From assembly GCA_964016885.1 (NCBI GenBank), contig OZ024761.1, positions 21,638,001 to 21,702,000 of the forward strand: a stretch of 64,000 nucleotides of DNA. Reading direction: 5' to 3'. Source of the stretch: Eledone cirrhosa (lineage: Eukaryota). The notes below the pieces were generated by a model, which was given only the letters and a program-made list of their open reading frames with translations, ran no database searches and was not told the origin of the DNA. A program made the position numbers and the translations under genes. Each line of letters starts with the position of its first letter. The stretch's first letter is position 1. Below are positions 11,067-24,463 of the stretch, piece by piece.

Positions 11067-13619
11067 AAAAAATAGTTATTATATAATTCCCAGTATTTTA
11101 GGAATTTATTCGGTTCAGCAACGGAAGCAGTGACCCTCACATTTACCGCGGCATCCATGACACAAAAGAGTCATTGACTGTGACGTCCCCAGATGAGATA
11201 TCTATCAGGGAGAAAGAGTAAAACCGTCTGGTCTCCCCATTACTTCTGGATAATCCTACGGCTCCAGAACTGAGAAGATATTTACCCGAAAACGCCTTCT
11301 CCATTCTGTCCGCCGGGGCTGAGGGAGGCCACCAATATGATTGACTGACTTGTCGTTTTATCAGTCAGATGGTTTTAGACATCCCTTACACTCTTCCTTC
11401 CTAGCCCCTTCCATCCTTTTCCTGTAATGTTTTCTTTCACCTTGTGTGTATATATATATGTTTTAATTCCTTTAAATCTTCATAAACACTCTTTCACTCC
11501 CACCCTGATACCCCCCTCCCATACACACCCACATCTCCCTTTAATGATCAGGTTTAGCACACGGAAGAAAACCTGTGGAGTCGAGGGGCCCACCACAGAC
11601 ATCGGCCCCCACTCTGAATGTAAAGGAGATGCGGAGCTGGTCCAGGCTAAGAAGACCACCAATGCTGGACACTGGTGGAACATCAACCCAGACCCGCAAC
11701 AATTTTAACTATGAACTACTAACTGCATTATCAACACATTGGCAGTATTGTCCCTGGAGGGGGAATAGCGAGGTTAACGTGCTGCTGTGTTGTTGGTGTC
11801 GCAGTTTAGCTCCAGATTAAATAAATACACGATCAAAGGCGCTCCAACCGAGACTGTCACGTCGACAAGGCAACAATAACTACCATAGGTCAGACGAAAT
11901 TCAAGATGAACGTGTATATATTATAAGAGTGGGTTAAAGAAAAACAATAGCATTTTTAAATAAAAAGATTGATATAGAAATAATCAGACATGCTTTGATG
12001 AAATATTTAAAAAAAAAATTACACTAACTTTCATCGAAGGCAATTTTTACATTAAATTGACTTTGAAATAACTTTCAAGCATGTGTTACACAGACGCACA
12101 AACAAAGCGAAAAACGGTGGTTTATGTAACTGGTTCCCACTGAATAAAAGCCTTGGTTACGTTACTAAGTTGGTCCCTTGAGCAATTCTTTCTTATATGC
12201 TTTCATGTGTAGCCACAAACCGAGACTCATTTCTCCACCAGAATATCATCGACCCGCTAAAAATAACAGCCAATATTTCGAAGACTTACCTGTATACGTA
12301 TGTTCAGTGTCAGGGCTTGTACAGTCTCTTATGTAAATGATTTATATTAATTAGGTCAACCTTTAAATGCCCCTCACTGCTAACTCCAGATAACATAATA
12401 GATACAGAGATATGCATACACAGAGACAAATAAATATATATATATGTATATATTGGAAAATGTGTGAGATCCTTGGTACAGTTAGATATATATTCACTTC
12501 CCTATACGTAAATATATCTACAAGGCTGCTCCTTAGCAGGTAAAATGACCTTAGAATGCTTGGTATGGGCCCTGCAAGGTTCACCCCTGTCTTAGCAGGT
12601 AAAATGATTTTAGAATGATTCTTGTTGTTGTAAAGCAAAGAAAGGTTACATTTCTGCCAGTCACAGCGATGTAATGAGTCAACAAGACAGTAAATATGTC
12701 ACCTCTCTAACAACACAAATATTGTAGTTAAACTACCTTCTGGTGTCCTCGGCCCTAGGGCTACCTCCCTACTCACCACCATAGGCGCTGAGCTGGCCAG
12801 CCGCAGGTGTGTACCCCGCGAGTTGGAGTGGCTTTTCCAGCGAGTCTCCCTTGCCGTCCACCGGGGGAATGCCTTCTCCATCCTGTTAGCTGGGGCTGTG
12901 TGTGTGGGGGGCATCACGTAACATTCCATATTTAGGTATCTGTGTTCTCACATGTAGACGTACCTCCTTTACCATAGTGTTGTGTCCCTAAACGAAACTT
13001 ATTTCCTTTAATAGTTACAATGTAATTTGTCTGCAGTATGTATACAATGAGATATGATTAAAATGTAGACGTTGTATTGTTAGAGAGACATATTACTGTT
13101 TCATACTGTGGCTGGTCCCAGTCATTAGACTGTGGCCATGCTGGGGTACCATACTGTGGCTGGTCCCATTCATTAGACTGTGGCCATGCCGGAGCACGAG
13201 ATAACTAATACATATATTTGTTGTGATGACAACCATTAGATAAAAAAAAATGATTAGTTCTATCGTTACTTTGGTATGTATTGTGTGTTAGTTTCGCCTA
13301 CCACAATGTTCGATTTGTCAAGCTATTTAAACGTATGTTATTACTCTGAGGTCCTATCTTATCGAGTGCTTTGCTAACTCATCATTTCATATAAGTAGGC
13401 CGAATTTACTTGCAAACCGCCAGAGATTCGATTTTACTGATTTCCAATTATATATATATATATATGTATGTATATATATAAGAAAAGGGATATTTAATTT
13501 GTTAGTAATCCAACAAATAAATATGTTTATAACTTATTCGAAGCACTCGACAGATTTTTTGGAGTATAATATCAATAATTTTATAAATATAGTTTCCATT
13601 TATTAATATCATTGATATA

Positions 13620-13687
<68 letters not shown>

Positions 13688-13725
13688 ATATTAACAAATG
13701 GAAACTATATTTATAAAACCATATT

Positions 13726-13790
13726 TATTTCATTATACATATTTCAAGGACACCAAGTTAAATTATGGTGTGCTTTCATCAGATAAAATA
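13726..13790 (-). ncRNA. Type I hammerhead ribozyme motif (mirror copy in palindrome)
   Basis: Exact reverse complement of 13977-14041. Confidence 0.7.
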
Positions 13791-13976
13791 TAATATAGAT
13801 CAGTTTTATAAATAAATATTGACATACCCTTAAAGAATGCAACCATTAGTTTTGTAAGCTCCCGGATAGTGGAGTTGTAGCTTTAATAGATACTCCACTA
13901 TCCGGGAGCTTCCAACAGTAACGGTTGCATTCTTTAAGGGGATGTTAATATTTATTTATAAAACTGATCTATATTA

Positions 13977-14041
13977 TATTTTATCTGATGAAAGCACACC
14001 ATAATTTAACTTGGTGTCCTTGAAATATGTATAATGAAATA
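13977..14041 (+). ncRNA. Type I hammerhead ribozyme motif (family A)
   Basis: UAUUUUAU-CUGAUGA-AAGCACACCA/UGGUGUCCUU-GAAA-UAUGUA-UA^AUGAAAUA: complete core, stem II with one mismatch, short near-palindromic stem III, AUA cleavage triplet, 8-bp stem I with one G-U. Confidence 0.72.
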
Positions 14042-14168
14042 AATATGGTTTTATAAATATAGTTTCCATTTGTTAATATCGTATTTTTACTCAAAATATT
14101 TGTTGAGTGCTTTATATCAGTTATAAAAATATTTGTTTGTTGTATCCCAACAATTTAAATAGAACTTT

Positions 14169-14212
<44 letters not shown>

Positions 14213-14556
14213 TAAACATCTACACACATACACACACGATAGCAATTAACAGCGCTGCGATCGAATGTGGCTCTTTAGCCCAGCCAATGATCTAAAATGT
14301 CTTGCACAGAGTTGGCAACCAAAACATTCAGTGGGAATACCCGGCCGTGGTTGGAGTTCGTGTACTCATATATACATACATACAACAGTGAAATAAATGT
14401 AGTGTATATATATATATGTGTGTGTGTGTGTGTATATATGTAGAAGGTGAGTAATATTGTAGAACAATAAAACTATGCATATATCAGATAAGTAGCACTC
14501 AACAGTTGGTAGAACTGGAGTATATATAATAAAGAAGAAATTAAAAGAGTTCCATA

Positions 14557-14626
14557 TATTTTATTATGAACATTTCGAATACAAAATCATCCTGGGACAA
14601 AAATTGTGTTCTCATCAGATAAAATA
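14557..14626 (-). ncRNA. Type I hammerhead ribozyme motif (family C, element ~14439-14640)
   Basis: UAUUUUAU-CUGAUGA-GAACACAA...UUGUAUUC-GAAA-UGUUCA-UA^AUAAAAUA: perfect 8-bp stem I and G-C closing pair of stem II. Sister copies (42820, 53962) have palindromic or near-palindromic stem III AUGCGCAU/AUGUGCAU. Confidence 0.78.
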
Positions 14627-14676
14627 AGGTAACATGATATGAGGTATAATAGCACTTGTTTACAGGAAAGTGCTAA

Positions 14677-14718
<42 letters not shown>

Positions 14719-15717
14719 CAGTATTAGTCACATTGGTGTAGAACTTCCCATATAAAATACAGACATATATTATATATATAGAGACTCATTAGTCTCTATA
14801 CGTACTTCGGAAGTTATCTCCCTTGAAAATGGTGGATGTCGAGATGGATGTGCGTCAACCGAATTCAAGTAATAACTCTTTTTATATTCGATTTTTTTAA
14901 TATTCTCTATGAGGTTTATATGTATACACGTTAAAATGTTCCTAACAGCCTCATTAAGATTATTTCTCATCGAAATTATTTCCTCGTCATCCTTCACTGT
15001 TGGCAGTGAGAGAAGTTTGGTTTTTTTTTCTCGACACCCTTCTTCCCTTAAGACATTTCTGTCGTACGTTTTGACATAATTCTTCTGTCTAACGAGGGAA
15101 CCTTTTCTCTCAGCACTTCCCAACTTAGGGACTGCTGACCCCTTCCTTGATTTGTTAGCAAAGTTAGAATCAGGGTCTTCCTTGAACTAAGCTAAAAAAA
15201 ATATGATCAAAAGTATTTTGGCACAAAGCCGTTAGTCGAAGCAGCCGATGAAAGCAAAACATAGTTTATTTCCGTACCACCACCTCGGGTAAGTGGGGTT
15301 ACTTTAATGAAAATATCACGCGGGTTTTTTTTAAAACAATTCAAGAAAAAAAAAATGACAAGAAAAACATAGTAAATTTTTACCATTTCATCGGAGACGT
15401 TGAAATTTTAAGGATGGCTAGTTAATAGGTTTGGTTACAATTTTCAAGCTTGTCTATTGTCAGCACACCCCCTCACCAACTCCACCTCAGTTATCTTTAG
15501 CTAAGTCTTCCACTTCCTCTCAATTCACCCAGTGTTGTTGATAATGTTTAGCCCTAGGTCAGCCATGATTGAACACTTCCAGTCATGACCATCCTGTTTT
15601 AAGGGAAACCTAAGAATATCATTATTTAATGTCTTCTTCTTCTTCTTCTTGAGAGGATCCTTTGGGGGCAGGGTCCTCAAACACTCCTTCTGGCAGGTCC
15701 TGTCAGAAGCAACTGTC

Positions 15718-15757
<40 letters not shown>

Positions 15758-15875
15758 CGAAGGAATTGTGGTAAGGAACGAAGGGCTATTTATTTACCAC
15801 GCTAAAAGTTCTTATTTAGTCCAGAAATAGCCGTCGAAACGGCTTGAGCTCTGCCGTCGGGGTCATACTTGTTGC

Positions 15876-15907
<32 letters not shown>

Positions 15908-15934
15908 TTATATATATATATACACATATATATA

Positions 15935-16177
15935 CAAATTACTCAAGAACAGATCTCAAACTGAGGTCAGCAGAAAAAAATAAATTTCTGGACTAGTGTA
16001 ATTAGTGACGGGTATAATGGAGTTTTCGGGTGAAGGTGTTTGTGCACGAATATTGCCTTGAAAACCGCCGTAAATTACTCGTTTTTCCTTGGTGTACATA
16101 CACCTTCACCCGAAAACTCTCACAGAAATTTTTTTTTTCTGCTGACCTCAGTTTGAGATCTGTTCTTGAGTAATTTG
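15935..16177. mobile_element. Fold-back element with ~46-bp outer and ~20-bp inner inverted repeats
   Basis: CAAATTACTCAAGAACAGATCTCAAACTGAGGTCAGCAGAAAAAAA and its reverse complement ending at 16177; inner GAGTTTTCGGGTGAAGGTGT/ACACCTTCACCCGAAAACTC. Confidence 0.75.
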
Positions 16178-16971
16178 GGGTCCCTGAGACTTTTTTTTTT
16201 TTTTCTATCACGTCAAGTTTTCACTTGGCCAACAAGGAATGTATACAAAATATTCGTGGTGAAGGTGTTATGCACGACAGAAAAACAAGTAATTTATATA
16301 CTGTTCAAAACACTATATATATATATAAACAACAACGTTTTACGTTTGAGAGTGAGCAGGAAAAGAGTTCCGAGGGTGTGACGGAGAGTGGTCGAAAGAT
16401 ATTTTTAAAAAAAGGGGGGGGGGGGTGATTTTTTTTTTTTTTTAGAGGGTAAAAAAAATGAAAATGAAAAGCGGCGAAAGGGTGTAGGGGTGGGTGGAGA
16501 GGAGAGAGGGAGGCGGGGAGGGCTGAAGGTTGTGTGTGTGTGTGTGTGTGAGAGTTGAGGGAAGAACGAGGTTCCAATTTTCGGGTAATAAGGAAACCGG
16601 TACTTAGAATAATATACAAATGTCAGGGAAGTGAACAGTGTATGAGTCATGATATACATGTGTGTGTGTGTATGGAGGGGGATATCAGGTGTAGTGTTGG
16701 TGAATTTCAGGAAGCATGAAAGTTTTGAAAGATGGAGTGTCTCGACAGCTAACAACTGATGCAGGTAGTTTGTTCCATGCTTCAGCAACTCTGAGCATAA
16801 AAAAATGTTTCCGAAAGTCATGGGAGCTGTGCTGTTATCTGACTATGTGGGCATGCCTACGTGTGTTACACATGGAATTCAAAAAAGTGCTCAGGGTTGT
16901 TGTTGGCAAGATGATTAATAATTCTTACTCACTCTCTCACTCTCTCTCTCTCTCTCTCACTCTCATTACAG

Positions 16972-17107
16972 TTGTTACTTCTGAGATCGACCTATTCACT
17001 GTGAAAACAGTCCTCTCTATACCAGAATTCCAAGTGAAGTCCAGTATATTTAGACTTTTTAAACCAAAACCACAGAATGCAAAAGTCAGCACCAAATTTG
17101 AGGAAAG
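16972..17107 (+). CDS. Small CS/p23 (HSP20-like fold) protein, internal exon
   Basis: (CT)n tract plus CAG acceptor, GTTTGT donor at 17108; VTSEIDLFTVKTVLSIPEF...KVSTKFEE-R; phase 2 matches the next exon. Confidence 0.7.
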
Positions 17108-17739
17108 GTTTGTATGAAGGTCTACATATCTGTGTGTAAAGGGCCCAGACCACCTTCGGTCATGAATAACCATGGGATTTACACCTAGAAAGAAGGTAGT
17201 TGATTTAGAAAAGTTATTAGAGCATTTAATAGTTGTTTCAGGTCCCTGCTTTCTGAATTCAAAACCTGCTAAAGTTCACTAAACTGGATGTTCTTGATTC
17301 ACTGCTGGTGTAGCCCTCTCTCTCCTTCCAGTTGCCACATCCTAGATATTCTGCTGAATCAAGTGAAGGGCAGTTGAGAAAGTGTCTTTATTGCTTTGCA
17401 ACTTTGGAACCCTTAAGTTGCAAAAGCGTGGTATATTCTACCAAGTCATACCTGATGATGAGTGATGGCTATAGTAATCACCATCGTCATCATCATCACT
17501 ACCATCATCATCACTACCACCATCATCACTACCACCATCATCATTAGGTTGGCAGAATAGCAGAATTATTAAAGCATTGTGAGAAGACATGTTCCAGCTC
17601 TGCATTCTAAGTTCAAATCCTGCCAACGTCAACTTTGCCTTTCACCCTTTTCAGGGTCATACAATAAAATTAGTTTTATCAACTTTCTCCTCCCCCAAAT
17701 GTTGGGCCTTGTGCATAAATTAGAACTTGTCATCAACAA

Positions 17740-18512
17740 CAGTCTATAGTATGGTAGGGTAGTAGTGTTGTCTGTAGTATAGCTGTGTTGTCTGTAGTAT
17801 AGCTGTGTTGTCTATAGTATGGTAGTGTTGTCTGTAGTATGGTAGTGTTGTCTATAGTGTGGTAATGTTGTCTGTAGTGTGGTAGTGTTGTCTATAGTGT
17901 GGTAGTGTTGTCTATAGTGTGGTAGTGTTGTCTATAGTGTGGTAGTGTTGTCTGTAGTGTTGTAGTGTTGTCTATAGTGTGGTAATGTTGTCTATAGTGT
18001 GGTAGTGTTGTCTGTAGTATGGTAGTGTTTATAGTGTGGTAATGTTGTCTATAGTGTGGTAGTGTTGTCTATAGTGTGGTGTTTATAGTGTGGTAGTGTT
18101 GTCTAGTATGGTAGTGTTGTCTGTAGTATGGTAGTGTTGTCTGTAGTATGGTAGTGTTGTCTGTAGTATGGTAATGTTGTCTATAGTATGGTAATGTTGT
18201 CTATAGTATGGTAATGTTGTCTATAGTATGGTAGTGTTGTCTATAGTATGGTAGTGTTGTCTATAGTATGGTAGTGTTGTCTATAGTATGGTAGTGTTGT
18301 CTATAGTATGGTAGTGTTGTCTATAGTATGGTAGTGTTGTCTATAGTATGGTAGTGTTGTCTATAGTATGGTAGTGTTGTCTATAGTGTGGTAGTGTTGT
18401 CTATAGTGTGGTAGTGTTGTCTATAGTGTGGTAGTGTTGTAGTATTGTCTGTAGTATAGATATGTTGTCTGTAGTGTGGTAGTGTTGTCTATAGTGTGGT
18501 AGTATAGTCTGT
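17740..18512. repeat. 20-bp minisatellite (GTAGTGTTGTCTRTAGTRTG)
   Basis: More than 30 tandem copies. Confidence 0.95.
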
Positions 18513-18645
18513 AGCATTGATTTGTCCACTGATAACGATACTACTACTATTTGAACTAACAATCCCACTTTCAGATATTTCTCTGCCAAATCATTTCCGG
18601 GTGTTAAGAGCGAAATGATGTTTCTTTTTATTTTAAATCTTTCAG

Positions 18646-18736
18646 ATTTTTGGAGGTGAATGTTGAATTTAAAGACTTCAGATACCAGTGGATAATAAAA
18701 CAGTTACCAGGAGCAATTGTTGACTGTAAAGAAGAG
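18646..18736 (+). CDS. Small CS/p23-like protein, internal exon
   Basis: TTTCAG acceptor and GTCAGT donor; FLEVNVEFKDFRYQWIIKQLPGAIVDCKEE; phase 2 in, phase 0 out. Confidence 0.72.
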
Positions 18737-18785
18737 GTCAGTGGCTTTTAGAGATAATTTTTGAGAAACAAATACAAGAACCATT

Positions 18786-19100
18786 TTAACCCTTCCATTA
18801 CCATATTTCTAATGAAAGACACTGTCTATGTCATTAACCCTTTCATTACCATATTTCTAATGAAAGACACTGTCTATGTCATTAACCCTTTCATTACCAT
18901 ATTTCTAATGAAAGACACTGTCTATGTCATTAACCCTTTCATTACCATATTTCTAATGAAAGACACTGTCTATGTCATTAACCCTTTCATTACCATATTT
19001 CTAATGAAAGACACTATGTCATTAACCCTTTCATTACCATATTTCTAATGAAAGACACTGTCTATGTCGTTAACCCTTTCATTACCATATCTCTAATGAA
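18786..19100. repeat. 48-bp tandem array made of a piggyBac-like MITE left end
   Basis: Unit TTAACCCTTTCATTACCATATTTCTAATGAAAGACACTGTCTATGTCA, 6-7 copies; the same end starts the element at 27934-28349, which finishes AAAAGAGTTAA. Confidence 0.85.
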
Positions 19101-19461
19101 AAACTTTGCCAGTAATTTTGAAATAATATTAAAAATAATCAAGAATTTACAATAATATAACTAACTTTGTTGTTATTAAGCTAGTGTTTGGAAGATGACA
19201 TAACAAAGGTTCTTATAAAGAATTATGATGAAAGGTTTTTAGATAAATATCATCATCATCAATGTTTAATGTTCATTTTCCATGCTTGCATGGGTTAGAC
19301 GGGTTGTCATGTTACGAGACAAGTCAGTTCCAGAGACCATATCTTGCTCATCTGGATCTTTATTTTGGCTAAGTTTCTACAGCTGGATGCACTTTCTAAC
19401 ACAGTGTGGACTGGGAACTGTTTATCATGGCACCAAAACGACCACATTACGCTGTTTATCG

Positions 19462-19767
19462 TGGCACCAAAGCGACCACATTACAGTGTGGACTGGGAGC
19501 TGTTTATCAAGGCACCAAAGCGACCACATTACAGTGTGGACTGGGAGCTGTTTATCAAGGCACCAAAGCGACCACATTACAGTGTGGACTGGGAGCTGTT
19601 TATCAAGGCACCAAAGCGACCACATTACAGTGTGGACTGGGAGCTGTTTATCAAGGCACCAAAGCGACCACATTACAGTGTGGACTGGGAGCTGTTTATC
19701 AAGGCACCAAAGCGACCACATTACAGTGTGGACTGGGAGCTGTTTATCAAGGCACCAAAGCGACCAC
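19462..19767. repeat. 48-bp tandem array inside a family 3 SINE
   Basis: About six near-identical CGACCACATTACAGTGTGGACTGGGAGCTGTTTATCAAGGCACCAAAG units; related array at 25976-26168. Confidence 0.9.
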
Positions 19768-20371
19768 CTAAACATAAAACTTTTTAAGAATTTCAAATGA
19801 TTAATAAGTCCAAACAATACATATAAAGAATAAAAATGTAGTGTTTTATTCAGAATTTGGTAGATGGAATCTGAGGAAGTCCATCGTATACATAACAGAA
19901 AACATCATGAATAGATATAAGATCTGAAATATTTATGGCCCCTACCTTTCAATTTCTGAAATATTACACTTAATCCTTTAGCATTTACATTACTTTATAT
20001 TTATTATATTTTCACGATAAAGGCTTTACCTCGCATAATTATCTCACATAATATCAAATCTATGATATTTTGATATTGTTTATTTTGAGAACAATACCTT
20101 AACATCAGTATTAGCTGCTGGCTACAACCAGTTTAAACAGAAAGAGGTGAAAGAATTCTGGCCGGATACAGCCAGTTTAAATGCTAAAGGGTTAAGAGAG
20201 TAAATTAGAAACCGCCGAGGTTAACTTTGCCTTTCATCCTGACGGGGTCGATAAAATGAAGTACCAGTAATGCACTGGGTAATTGCTGGCCTTGTGCCAA
20301 AAAGTAGAAACAATTATTTTTGTTATTGCTGTCTCACCTGCATTCATCTTATTCTACTTATTTTCTTTCAG

Positions 20372-20461
20372 TATGCAAAAGGGAAGATAACTCTTATACT
20401 CACAAAGGAAGTTGAAGAATCCTGGGTAGCCTCCCTTGCTAGCGGACTGGAAACAGCATGA
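20372..20461 (+). CDS. Small CS/p23-like protein, terminal exon
   Basis: Strong TTTTCTTTCAG acceptor; YAKGKITLILTKEVEESWVASLASGLETA* contains the I-x-L-x-K...W pattern that ends CS domains. Confidence 0.72.
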   Translation, partial: YAKGKITLILTKEVEESWVASLASGLETA

Positions 20462-20986
20462 GCTCGCCTGTTGTTTGGGAAAGAGACTGCATTTTATCAC
20501 AACTAACAATCAAAAGCTTTGTATGTCTATCTCTCCCTCTCTTTCTCTCTCTGATATATATACTCGTATGAACAGTTTAACTTAACTTTGCATTACCAAC
20601 AGTTTCAAGACGAAAAACATCTAAATCAGGTGCATTGAAATTCACTGATAGTACTGCACAGTTAAGCCAAACTGTTAATACTTCCACATTATGAGTTGAT
20701 TGCTCTTTTCTTTTGTTTCTACTAATCTCTCTCTCTAGTAATAATAATAATATTTATACTTATATATGTGTAATATACAAAAATAAATATGGAAGGTAGT
20801 ACTAAGTACTCCCCATGCTCTGGTGATACCAGACATCCCTCTGAAAGAAACAATTGTCAGCAGCAAATAAATGTATTAAACTAAGATTTGATTGTTTTAA
20901 CACTTTGTATATATATGATGATGATATATATCATCATCATCGTTTAACATCTATCTTCCACGCTAGCATGGGTTAGACATATATAT

Positions 20987-21614
20987 ACTAGCAGAATGGC
21001 CGGTGTTGCTCGCCACTTACTCTAGGGTTCTTATATATTTGATATATATTTATCCTTATCGAACCTCATGAAATAAATACGTTTGTTTATATTTTGCTAT
21101 TGTGTATGCAAAAATATCTGTACACGAATATATAATTATATATATATATATATTAAAATAACATTAAAGTTTAAGCAAAGAATCGCTGCTTTCACCCTTA
21201 AGGGGATCTTCTGAAACTAAAAAAAATCAATCTGTGAACACAGAAGTAAATATTTCGAAAAACGTTACACACTATATATATATATACATATATACACACA
21301 CTATATATACATATATACACACACACACAGCTACGTCATAATTTTGTAATGCAGTCAGCCAGACATACAGACAGATATTATAAGGGCGCAACGTTATATC
21401 TATGTATCTATCTAAAAGAAAGACTAAGAATTATAGAGAGAGATCGCTAAATCGCTTAATGCGGTCCCTAGGGCATTGAAAATTTGAAATTGTTTTTGCT
21501 CAAAACACTCACAGGACCATAAATATTACATGTGTAAACTTTGAAAACAATCGGTTGGGTGGTTCTCGAGTTTTAGGGAGTCAAGACAGACATTCTCTGT
21601 TTTAGATATATAGA
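20987..21614 (+). mobile_element. Non-autonomous Helitron/Helentron-like (Lep1/HINE-type) element
   Basis: Starts TACTAGCAGAATGGCCGGTGTTGCTCG and ends AATCGGTTGGGTGGTTCTCGAG..CAGACATTCTCTGTTTTAGATATATAGAT; homologous to 1-536 and 49795-49880. Confidence 0.6.
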
Positions 21615-21819
21615 TATATATAGCAAGACCAGACTCTAAACACTGGTGACACTATATATATATGTTTGATTTCTGATTTGCTGATTTGCTGATTTCTCTA
21701 ATCTACTGCTGTTATCTTGCTGAATTATTTGCTAACCAGTTTACAGTTAGCCTCTATATTCCTATCCCTTGTATCTCCACAACAACTTCACTTCAACTTC
21801 GCATTTCATGTTTCTGGTT

Positions 21820-21864
<45 letters not shown>

Positions 21865-22001
21865 TAGAATAAATATGGTTTTATAAATATAGTTTCCATT
21901 TATTTAATATCATCGAATATTTACTCCAGTAAACTGTTGAGTGCTCTAAATCAGTTATAAACATTTATATTTGTCAGACTTTATTAAATACCTCTTCTAC
22001 T

Positions 22002-23346
22002 TATATATATATATAATATATATATATATATATAATATATATATATATATAAAATATATATATATATATAAAATATATATATATATATATATAAAATATA
22101 TATATATATTATATATATAATATATATATATATAATATATATATATATATTATATATATAATATATATATATATAATATATATATATATATAATATATAT
22201 AATATATATATAATATAATATATATATATATATATATATAATATATATATAATATATATATAATATATAGAATATATATAGAATATATATAGAATATATA
22301 TAGAATATATATAGAATATATATAGAATATATATATAGAATATATATATAGAATATATATATATATAGAATATATATATAGAATATATATATAGAATATA
22401 TATATATAGAATATATATATATAGAATATATATATATAGAATATATATATATAGAATATATATATATATAGAATATATATATATATAGAATATATATATA
22501 TATATAGAATATATATATATATATAGAATATATATATATATATAGAATATATATATATATATAGAATATATATATATATATAGAATATATATATATATAT
22601 AGAATATATATATATATATAGAATATATATATATATATAGAATATATATATATATATAGAATATATATATATATATAGAATATATATATATATATAGAAT
22701 ATATATATATATATAGTATATATATATATATAGAATATATATATATATATAGAATATATATATATATAGAATATATATATATATATAGAATATATATATA
22801 TATATAGAATATATATATATATATAGAATATATATATATATATAGAATATATATATATATATAGAATATATATATATATATAGAATATATATATATATAT
22901 AGAATATATATATATATATAGAATATATATATATATATATAGAATATATATATATATAGAATATATATATATAGAATATATATATATATAGAATATATAT
23001 ATATATAGAATATATATATATATAGAATATATATATATATATATATAGAATATATATATATATATATATATATAGAATATATATATATATATATATATAT
23101 AGAATATATATATATATATATATAGAATATATATATATATATATATAGAATATATATATATATATATATAGAATATATATATAGAATATATATATATATA
23201 TATATAGAATATATATATATATATATATAGAATATATATATATATATATATAGAATATATATATATATATATATATAGAATATATATATATATATATATA
23301 TATAGAATATATATATATATATATAGAATATATATATATATATAGA

Positions 23347-23377
<31 letters not shown>

Positions 23378-24322
23378 ATATATATATATATATAGAATAT
23401 ATATATATATATAGAATATATATATATATATAGAATATATATATATATATATATAGAATATATATATATATATATATAGAATATATATATATATATATAT
23501 AGAATATATATATATATATATATAGAATATATATATATATATAGAATATATATATATATATAGAATATATATATATATAGAATATATATATATATATAGA
23601 ATATATATATATATATAGAATATATATATATATATAGAATATATATATATATATAGAATATATATATATATATAGAATATATATATATATATATAGAATA
23701 TATATATATATATATAGAATATATATATATATATATAGAATATATATATATATATATAGAATATATATATATATATATATAGAATATATATATATATATA
23801 TAGAATATATATATATATATATATAGAATATATATATATATATATAGTATATATATATATATATATATAGAATATATATATATATATATAGTATATATAT
23901 ATATATATATATAGTATATATATATATATATATATAGAATATATATATATATATATAGTATATATATATATATATATATAGTATATATATATATATATAT
24001 ATAGTATATATATATATATATATATAGAATATATATATATATATATATAGAATATATATATATATATATAGAATATATATATATATATATAGTATATATA
24101 TATATAGAATATATATATAGTATATATATATATATATAGTATATATATATATATATATATAGAATATATATAGAATATATATATATATATAGAATATATA
24201 TATATATATATATAGAATATATATAGAATATATATATATATATAGAATATATATATATATATATATATAGAATATATATATATAGAATATATATAGAATA
24301 TATATATATAGAATATATATAG

Positions 24323-24361
<39 letters not shown>
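22002..24361. repeat. 2.36-kb (TA)n satellite punctuated by GA/GT
   Basis: Direct observation; source of the spurious 752-aa ORF. Confidence 0.97.
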
Positions 24362-24402
24362 GGCCAAATATGTTGAATTTCCTTAATTATTTATTTCTGC
24401 AA

Positions 24403-24463
24403 ACACTATGCACATTTCAGTGGGGGGCAGGTTGCATAAGAACCCGGTGACCTCATCAGGTGT
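24403..24463 (-). ncRNA. Type I hammerhead ribozyme motif (family D)
   Basis: ACAC-CUGAUGA-GGU..CGGGUU/AACCUG..ACU-GAAA-UGUGCA-UA^GUGU: complete core, near-palindromic stem III, 4-bp stem I, interrupted stem II. Confidence 0.65.

Larger units (their letters stand above)
13686..14081. repeat. ~396-bp palindrome (inverted pLTR-like element, family A) between (TA)n tracts
   Basis: Arms of about 190 bp; the outer ~135 bp appear identical and there are a few mismatches near the centre. Family A fragments also at 13480-13615, 21857-22001 and 29835-30030. Confidence 0.9.

Noticed and set aside
11427-11820. Overlapping short ORFs in a moderately GC-rich patch (similarly 12699-12929 and 9380-9900)
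   Set aside because: No identifiable domain; probably decayed retroelement sequence that I cannot assign.
14770-15123. 117-aa minus-strand ORF
   Set aside because: Non-ATG start, no recognisable motif and no supported splice partners.
22109-24367. 752-aa ORF and the many other YI/HT/CV-rich ORFs (5.6-6.1, 39-43, 47-49.8, 52, 54-56.9, 60.7-62.5 kb)
   Set aside because: Translations of stop-free simple repeats; no splice or domain support.
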